This document shows, in pieces, positions 1-8,149 of a stretch of 13,287 nt of DNA; positions within the stretch are counted from its first letter, which is position 1; every line of letters starts with the position of its first letter. The stretch spans positions 3,087-16,373 of the forward strand of contig JAAOMT010000634.1 in assembly GCA_016748015.1 (NCBI GenBank), given 5' to 3'. Below the pieces are notes generated by a model. It did no database searches. It was given only the letters and a program-made list of their open reading frames with translations, and was not told where the DNA came from. The DNA comes from Geosiphon pyriformis uo1 (lineage: Eukaryota > Fungi > Glomeromycota). The translations under genes and the position numbers were made by a program.

Positions 1-1750
1 TCACATACAACTGAGAAAATACGTTTTTATTTATCTTTAAATTAGTGTGTTTAAACATATTTACTACATTAAAAGTTGCAATTTAATACAAAACCAAATT
101 AAAATATAATAAAATTGGAAAAAATAAATATTTTAGAGTTTTTTCTATAAGTATAAAGCTATTAATATTAATACAATAATAGCAATTGAAATTAGAGAAA
201 ATTATACTTTTAAAATATTTTATTTTGAAAATATTATTTTAAAAATATTCTCTAAAATTTCGAAATTTTGGAATAGATTTTTCTTCAAGTTTAAACTAAA
301 TTTTTTTGGCTAGTTAATTATTTCTATTTCTATTATATGTGATTGGTTCAAAATTACCTTGAATATATTTTTACAGATAGTTTTATTAATTATCACATGT
401 ATTAGCCAATGATATCATATAGTTAGCCACTCTATTTTTAGATAGTGATCATTGCCATAATCAATAATCTAATTATTGACCACTTTGAATACTATATAAG
501 TGATGAGTTTCTCAATTATAGAAAGACATATTGAATCAAAATAATAAAATAACAACTACTATCTAATACTTCTTTTATATTGCTTATTTCTCTTTTTCAA
601 TTCCTTGTCTTCAAGTATTTGAATATCTGTAAATAAAAGATTATTTGTTGGCATTCACATATTTTAACTTTTTTTCTTCTTAATTTGTATTGTTAATTAG
701 CCTAAAAAGTGATTGCTTACTCTTGTAATTCATTGAATAAAAAAATAATTGAAAGCACAATAATACCTGTTATTAATTCTAAGAATTGTTAAATGAGGCA
801 TAGAATAATAACAGTAGTGTTATTTTGTTGACAATTATGAACTATTTTTTACCTTCAAATTTCTCAGAAAAGATTAAATGACTGTAATTTTGAGACTGAT
901 CATACACATTGAATCCTTACAAATTTAATTTGTTCCTTTAATTGAATTTCCCTTTTGATTATTTCTATCACTTTCAATAGTCTTTTTATTTGTTATTCAT
1001 TAGCTTGTTACTCCAACTCATAAAAATATTATTAAAATGAATACACTTTTTCAAGAATATTCAAACTATTAATGCGAAAATATTGATTGTTTAAATAGTC
1101 AATTAACATTATAAAAAAGATTTTATATCTTTTTATTTACTTTTTTGAATATTTAGCTCTTTTAATAATATTTTTAATCAATTGAATAGAGAATCAACTT
1201 TTTAATTGATTAGAAAAATAACAATTTAATCTCCTATTTCAGATTAGGCTTAATTATTGTGCTTTTAAATATCTAACAATAAAAAACTTTTTACTCCAGA
1301 AAATTATTTGATTATAAAAACATCACTTAGAAATATAAAATTTATTTAACTACTCAAGATTATTTTAAATAGGTCAAGATTTAAGTATTATAAAAAATAG
1401 AAATCAATCTGAAATAAATTTTAAAATTAAAGAAAAAGAATTTTGGTAGCTAATTAAATTACAAATCTTTTTTTGACATTTAATAAGATATTATTTATAA
1501 TATTTCTAAAAGTTAAAGATTTAATGGTAAATACATGTAATGAGAATGGTATGATTGATTTTGTTGGAAAAAATAATATTCCATTTTTTTATTAATTAAA
1601 AAATAATAATAATAATAGTGATAGATTTCCTTTAGCTAAAAATAGGATAATTCTTTTGACACTTTAAACATTATTTCTACAATTCATAAAAATAAAGATT
1701 GAAATTTAGAGAAAACAGAAATAATAAGATTTTATTTATAAAATTATTAA

Positions 1751-3576
1751 AAACTAAGACAAAGTATCTCTGCAAAGAATTTTTATATAAAGCTAAATAA
1801 TAGGACTATTAAAGTAGATATTTTTGAAAGCATATTTAATCAACCAGATAAAGATTATTTTATTGTCATCAATAATAATTTTGTGAAAGATGTACAATAT
1901 AATGAAGTCATTAAAGGAATTAATAGAAATATATGGCAATTTAAAACAGGTAAACATATATATTTTTTAATTTTTTCTTTTCTGACAAATTTGTTTTAAA
2001 GATTAATAATTCATTAATTCATTCCTTTGTTTGTTTGTTTTTTATTTTATTTGAATGGTTAAGAAGGAAAAAAAAGCAAATATGCAGGTAAGAAGTTTTA
2101 TTGTTTATTTTTTATTTTTTATTAAAAAATTTTTAAGGTCACTATTTAATTAAAATACATAATATTTATTGTTGTTAATTTAAGCTATCCTGATTGGACT
2201 CTTATGTCTGAATACAAATTTCTCAGATTTCAACAAAATTAATGACAAACAAGAAGTTTTTAAAACACTTGAAGATCAATTATCATTTACAATTCCAGTT
2301 GAAAGAAGTCATATCAAAATTATTGATCATAAAACTGATAAATCTAAATTAGAATCAATAAGCCAAGAAATAATTGTACTTCAAATTTCTTCAAAAAGTG
2401 GTTCTAGAAATCCAATAAAAATTGCACATGACTACAATACATTAATCGAGAATAAATGGTTTACTCCCATTAGCACTTATTCACACACCGGCTTTTTAGA
2501 TGAGACTTTTGGATTCCAAGTTCAACATAAGCGAGCATTAATTAATCTTCATTATTTGATTTCTTAAACTGTATATTATTTAATAATTTTTTGTTTTTAG
2601 CAAATTTTTGGAAAGAATATAAATTTCATCTAATTGCAATTCCTTTTATTGAAATAATATTAATGGCTCTATATTTTATAGGAAAAAAAAATCCAAAAAT
2701 ATTTAATTTATTTTTTTTACTGTTATATTGGGATTTAATTATTGTGGTTTAAAGTTTAAAATTAAATAAATATTTTAATAACTTTTACTAATTTTAGGGT
2801 AATAGCTTTGCAGTTGTTTCTATTATATTAATTCTAGTTAATATCATAGTTGACATCACATTCATTATAAAAAATAGAAAAGATGTGGGATTTTTATATT
2901 TACCAAGGTAATTAATTTTGTAAATTGTAAATACATCAAAAATTTAAAAATAGCAAAGATAATTAATTCGTATATGGTTCTTTGAATAGTATTATTTTCT
3001 TAGCAATACTTTTTTTTTTAACACAGGACTGGCAGAATACATTATAATCAATGAAATTAGCATTAATAATAAATATGTTGTATGGTTTTGGAAATTTGCA
3101 AAGCCCGCTGCCTTATTCACTATAATCTCTGCTGCTGATATAGATGCTCTGAATGTTTTACATTCAAAGTATGCAAACTTGGAGCTTTTCAGTGCACCGA
3201 TTTCAAAAAGACTTGAATATTTGATTTTTTGGGGTAGTACCATCAATATTTTTATTGAGGATATTCCACAATTTGTAATTCAGGTTTGATTTCAAAGATT
3301 TAGCTTTTTTTTTTCCAAAATTTTGACGCTTCACCAAATTAAATATCTTACAATTATTATTACTATTAATTCAACTAGATCATTTACCATCAAAATACCT
3401 TTCCCTACGATTTTATTCCTATAATGAGTTTCATTATGAGCTCAGTTATCTTAACAATTAATATTATTACTCGATTTTATAACGCTTTGATTTGGTTCCG
3501 TGATCAAACTACTTTTTCACGAGTTGAACGCGAGGAAACGAATGAATTAGACTTGATAAATACTGGTTTAAATTAA
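1751..3576 (+). pseudogene. Multi-exon membrane protein gene (Ig-like ectodomain, linker, multi-TM C-terminus with EDIPQxxxQ motif), apparently inactivated
   Basis: Hand-spliced exons 1751-1949, 2064-2087, 2185-2526, 2601-2698, 2798-2907, 2990-3283 and 3379-3576 (TAA 3574-3576) join in consistent phase. Translation: LRQSISAKN...FESIFNQPDKDYFIVINNNFVKDVQYNEVIKGINRNIWQFKT / EGKKSKYA / AILIGLLCLN...GFLDETFGFQVQ / PNFWKEYKFHLIAIPFIEIILMALYFIGKKNPK / GNSFAVVSIILILVNIIVDITFII...LYLP / SIIFLAI...FNTGLA...ALFTIISAADIDALNVLHS...LIFWGSTINIFIEDIPQFVIQ / IIYHQNTFPYDFIPIMSFIMSSVILTINIITRFYNALIWF...LN*. All acceptors are AG and four donors are GT. Donors at 2527 and 2699 read AT, and the T10 run at 3010-3019 is one base short of keeping frame. 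The 5' part (~1250-1750) is decayed, so the start is not locatable. Confidence 0.82.
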
Positions 3577-4869
3577 ACTTTTTGAAATTGTTATTATGAG
3601 TCCAATGATTTTCTTTGTTTAATAATTTTAGCTTTGAATTTAACAATATTTATCGTGAAAAGAAAATAGAAAATGTAAAAAAAAGACATAGCTTATTTTC
3701 TATATAATTTAGATTATAGAGATATACTATAAATATATGTTTTTTAATTAAAAATTCAAATTGTTTAGTATTGAAATATTTTTAGATATATGCTATCCAT
3801 TTTCTTTTTTAGGATCTGATTGCGATTATCACTTTCGGGCTCTCAGAAAATGGGGCTTTTGGTTTTTCATTATAGATTGAAACATAATTAACTTTTTTGG
3901 GCCTTAGCATTCACTCAAAAATGGCAACTGATAATTACTTTGTCGCATAATAAAAATGATTTTAAAGTTAGCTTGGTTTCATATTATGAAGCATTTTTCA
4001 TTAAAAAAACTTTTCAAGTTATAGCTTCTTTTGATAAAAAAATCTAATTCGAGATAATTGGCGATTATCTCCTTAAATCTAGTTTTATTGTAATTCCAAA
4101 AAACAATCATCATGAGAAAAGCAACTTTTGAATTATAGCTGGGAAAACATAGTCAGATTTTCTTTTCATGACAATTAACGCTCCTTCAAGTCAGTCGAAA
4201 AATGAAATTGCTTTTTAATTAATGAAGCTGAAGAAATTATTTTCTGGTAAAAAAAATTAAATTATCAATATTTTATTGATAAAGAGAGATTTTTAAGGAG
4301 TTTGTCTTGTCAATAAATAATGATTTCAAACTATAATTTTGTTAAATCACATTCCCGAAAAGGCTAGATATTCATTGTCCTATTGATATTTTTACTTTTA
4401 AATGAAAATCTTTTAATTTCTAACAACTTATTTGCATTTTCAATATATATATATTATTATAAGAATATTTATTTAGTGCGTGATTGCATCACACATATAT
4501 CATTGTGTGTGTGTTAAATATAATCCATTTATTTTAATTTTACGCTAAAAAACAAAAACGTAACGTCACATGTTCACTAGTTACAGTATGCTTTATATCA
4601 AGATTGATAAGGAAACTCTTTACAGTCAATAACTTTCACACTCAAAATAGATATCAAATGAATTATATTTTATAGCTTATATGATACTTTTTAATATAAA
4701 ATTAAAAATTAATTCCCCTCTGAAATTTTTTATTTATTCCAAGTTAAATATCTTTCATTGATTAAATAAATCCAAATCCAACTCTAAAAAAGGTGATTAA
4801 ACCAAGAAAGTTTATGAAATATTAAATATAAAAAATGAAAGGCTTATACTTTATAGAAAATTCAGTTTT

Positions 4870-5085
4870 TGAGATCAATCGGCCTTAATATCTTGCCATA
4901 TCTTGGATAGCATCTTATGTCTCTTCCAAAATTAAGGCTTGTTGATTTAAGTTACAATTATTGTGAGTAGCAATAACTCTTTGTTGAGATTCTTCTACAG
5001 TTTCATGACAAGCCGGTGTATGTTTTTTGATCATAGGATGCTTTCCATTAATCACATCAAATTGCATTTGAATAGGATCTGTATT
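4870..5085 (-). pseudogene. Fragment resembling the C-terminal end (subdomain X and tail) of a TKL-type protein kinase
   Basis: Minus-strand DPIQMQFDVINGKHPMIKKHTPACHE resembles the I-x-x-G-x-R-P-x-I-x-x-x-T-P-x-C-Y segment of fungal TKL kinases. It is followed by EET*DAIQDMARY*GRLIS with stops. No HRD/DFG catalytic motifs are visible. Motif recognition by eye only. Confidence 0.45.
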
Positions 5086-5160
5086 ATTCAAAAGTTCTTT
5101 CTCCCCAAAATAATTTTTGTCAGTGGTTTTTCCTTCAACAAATACATCTTCATATATTGG

Positions 5161-5245
5161 CAACTAAAATAACAATAACGGCAATTGGAACAAAGGCAAC
5201 AACAATGGTGTCAATAACGGAAATGCCAACAGAATTAATAATAAA
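5161..5245 (+). repeat. AAC/AAT/GGC-rich low-complexity tract (reads as an Asn/Gly-rich peptide)
   Basis: aat aac aat aac ggc aat tgg aac aaa ggc aac aac aat ggt gtc aat aac gga aat gcc aac = NNNNGNWNKGNNNGVNNGNAN. Confidence 0.55.
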
Positions 5246-5299
5246 AAAACAAATAAGCCGGTATTCTTAATGGCAAAATCAAAAAAATCCTTCCATGGT

Positions 5300-6885
5300 C
5301 ATTAGAAAATATTATTTCCTGTATAAAATATTTTCTCTCTTTGAATTAATCTTGGGAAGTTGTCCTTTTAGATTACTAAATTCTACTGATTAATCCACTA
5401 GTTCTTGATAGCAACCAAATGAATAACAAAGTAAATTTTCAGTCTTTAAAAAAATTTATCACTTGTAATCTTTACAGTAATCATATACTCGGTAAAATAA
5501 ATTTTGACATAAATTAAAATAAAAAGGTTTTTGAAATCCTCACTAGAAAATACTCTAAAAAAAATTATTTGCAGATAATTACCCCATTTTTCTTTCAATT
5601 CTAGCTGAGTTCAAATTCTAATGTTGATGATTTCATTACTTAAATTAATCTCCTTGAGAGGCGAAATAATCATGATTTCGATGTTGTTAGATTAATTTAC
5701 TTTCATTACTAAGAGTTTATCATCACCAAAAATATATAAAATGGTATACTCAATTGATTTAAAAGAAGTTGATAGATTTTTATAAAATATCCAAAGTGAA
5801 TAATTATACTTGAAATGTTATATTAATGAAAATTTTTATCAAGTTTACACCTAAAGATAAAGTTTTTTTTAAATAAAGATAAAAATTATGGAAATAACTC
5901 CTGTTTATCTTCTTAACTTTAGTTATCTTTTGGTAAAATATTATTAAAAACAAGTCTCTAAATGATGTTATTGAAATAAAGAGGAATATTTTTAATGATT
6001 TTTAAGTTAGTATATGGATTTCAATAATCATATACATGTATATTCAATTTGCATTTAGAACCTACTTAATAAGTTAAAATGAAACATGAAAATCAGTTTT
6101 TTTGCACCTTTTGCTACAACTGATGGAGGCTTTGGGTCTTACCAACTGGGTTACTACATTAGAAAATAACAAAGTTATAGTATATATTATGAATTTACCA
6201 TATTTTATTAAAAAAAAGTAAGATTGAATGGAAACACGTGCTTGCCTTTCGTGAATTTCATCAATTTTTTTATTCAAACACTGGGTATCATAACTTGTTG
6301 ATTAAAACTACTCTAAATTTAATCAGAGTTGAAACAAATAAATTTTAAGTTAATTTTAATTCCTATTTTTGTAGTAATATTAACAGTTTTAAGTGGCTCT
6401 ATTGTAGTAGTTAGTTTAAATTTTAATAATAAATAAAAATTGAGGACTTTTTTTAATTTAGAAAATTAGTTTTGCAGTTGTTCCTATTATATCAATTCTA
6501 GTCAATGTAATAGTCAACACTAAATTTACTCTAAAAAATGGAAAAGATATAGAATTTTTACATCTATATACCAAAGTAATTAAATTTTAATTTTGAAAGT
6601 ACAAACATAATTAATTATTATATTCAGTATTATTTTTCTAGTTATACCAATTCTTTAATAGTGAACTGACAGGGTTCATTATTATATTAACAGAGATTAT
6701 CACCAATTCGAATTTCATATAATTTAATGAAATCATTAATCTCTTGGTCGTAACCAGTACTTTGGTCGGTTGCCTCATTAATTTTTTTTAATAAATGATC
6801 ATAAGCAGAATTGGCTGAAGTATATATTTTATGGTTTGGCAATATTCAAAATACAATGCTTTATTTACACTACCGATATCAGGTA
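5300..6885 (+). pseudogene. Heavily decayed tandem paralog of the 1751-3576 membrane protein gene
   Basis: Exon 6462-6575 (ttag|...|gtaatt) KISFAVVPIISILVNVIVNTKFTLKNGKDIEFL aligns with 2798-2907 GNSFAVVSIILILVNIIVDITFIIKNRKDVGFL. The exon from 6628, IIFLVIP..FNSELTG, aligns with 2990 onward. ~6330-6400 FKLILIPIFVVIL matches FHLIAIPFIEIIL, and 6823-6885 YILWF..ALFTL..SG matches YVVWF..ALFTIISA. ~5960-5990 NDVIEIKRNI matches NEVIKGINRNI. Many stops, frameshifts and deletions are present. The left boundary is approximate and the 6330-6885 part is the well-supported portion. Confidence 0.75.
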
Positions 6886-7551
6886 GAGTAATATTTCAAC
6901 TTTATTTTTTATTTTTAAATGCGATTTTATATTTAAGTTAAAAGTTTCCAACTTGAAAATATTTTATTGATTCTTTGTGATATTTTATTAAAAATTTTTG
7001 GTTATTCAGTCCAAATACCTGAAATGAGTATTTATGTCAGAAATCAAAATTTGATTTCAAAGAATAATAAACTTAATTTCTAACAAACACTTTTTTTCAG
7101 GTCTCACTAATTCCATATAAAATTTGGGATTGTTATATCATAGTTCAATCATCATTTAAATTATTTTCAATTAATTGATGCTAAAAAGAATTAAAATTTT
7201 ATTAAATAATTGATTTTTATGTATTCCCTAAAACTTTTATGCCAATCTTGAGAAAAATTTGTAAAAGACTAAATTAGGTAAACCTCAATATATTTTTATT
7301 GCTTTGCTCATAAAATATACACTAATTAGGTTAACCCTTTCCGATTTTAAATAAAAACTATCTTGTGATTAACAATTTCAATATTAATAGCACTTTGAAA
7401 TATATACAAAAATACATAATTATTAAATATATTTCTAGGCGTTATTTCAAAATATTTTACCAGAAAAGTTAAAGGAAAACAAAAGTTTATTATACAAGAA
7501 AAATTGTTTGGTTAAATTCTATTCATTTTTGTAATAATTTTGAGTCATTTT

Positions 7552-7552
<1 letters not shown>

Positions 7553-7590
<38 letters not shown>
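7553..7590. repeat. (TAT)n trinucleotide microsatellite, about 12 units
   Basis: Uninterrupted tattattat... run read directly. Confidence 0.97.
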
Positions 7591-7591
<1 letters not shown>

Positions 7592-7610
7592 GATATGATT
7601 CTTTATAACG

Positions 7611-7910
7611 TCTTTTCATATTCTTCCAATCAAAGTTCTGGATATACAATAATGTGAAAAAACTTCTTCGATTGATATCCTAAAAAAAATTATACCAGAT
7701 GACTGGCTTTTGAGGTATTTTTTTTCAATAAACAATAGGAAAACTTAAGAAATACTTCATGTTCATGTAAAGTACCCGGTATGTACAAAGCCATCAATTG
7801 GAAAATTAGGTGTCCAATCATAACATAGTAATCTGCCAAAGCTTTATGAAACATAATTTCTCTGCAGTAAACAAATATGTCATTTCCAATTTGTGGCTTA
7901 CCGAAAGTGA
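7611..7910 (+). pseudogene. Possible relic of a small Cys-containing ORF
   Basis: GC-richer than its flanks. One frame reads ...IDILKKIIPDDWLLRYFFSINNRKT*EILHVHVKYPVCTKPSIGKLGVQS*HSNLPKLYET*FLCSKQICHFQFVAYRK*. It has four internal stops and no recognised family. Confidence 0.25.
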
Positions 7911-8149
7911 TAAGACTTATTGATATTCCATTTTATGAGCTCTTATCATCATTTATAAGTTAAAGTAAACTTGTTTACCAGCTCCATAACCGAACTTTAT
8001 GAATGTATAGAGATTTAATTTATATATATATGTTAATGTATTTTTCAATTCAAAATTTCCTAATTTTCCAAAAAGAAAGTCATCATATGTTCGCAACAAT
8101 TATAAAAAGTTATAATTTTAAATTAGGAATTTTAAAATATGAATATATT

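Noticed and set aside
340-500. CCAAT-like (gattgg, agccaat) and TATA-like (tatataag) motifs
   Set aside because: Expected by chance in AT-rich DNA, and no mapped gene start nearby.
2992-3246. Supplied 84-aa minus-strand ORF
   Set aside because: Antisense shadow of the + strand exon 2990-3283, which has splice sites and family motifs.
4051-4071. 8-bp hairpin gagataat-tggcg-attatctc
   Set aside because: Isolated and short, with no associated element ends; plausible by chance.
3810-4210. Slightly GC-richer block after gene 1, tested as an exon or relic
   Set aside because: The frames examined were short and gave no recognisable motif.
4476-4590. Imperfect hairpin gtgcgtgat-tgc-atcacacat, short (TG)n, and acgtca/tcacatg promoter-like motifs
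   Set aside because: Short motifs with no intact downstream gene; function cannot be supported.
4963-5172. Supplied 69-aa plus-strand ORF
   Set aside because: No motif; it overlaps the kinase-like minus-strand fragment and has AT-driven F/I/K composition.
6074-6277. Supplied 67-aa minus-strand ORF
   Set aside because: Lies antisense within the decayed paralog, with no recognisable motif.
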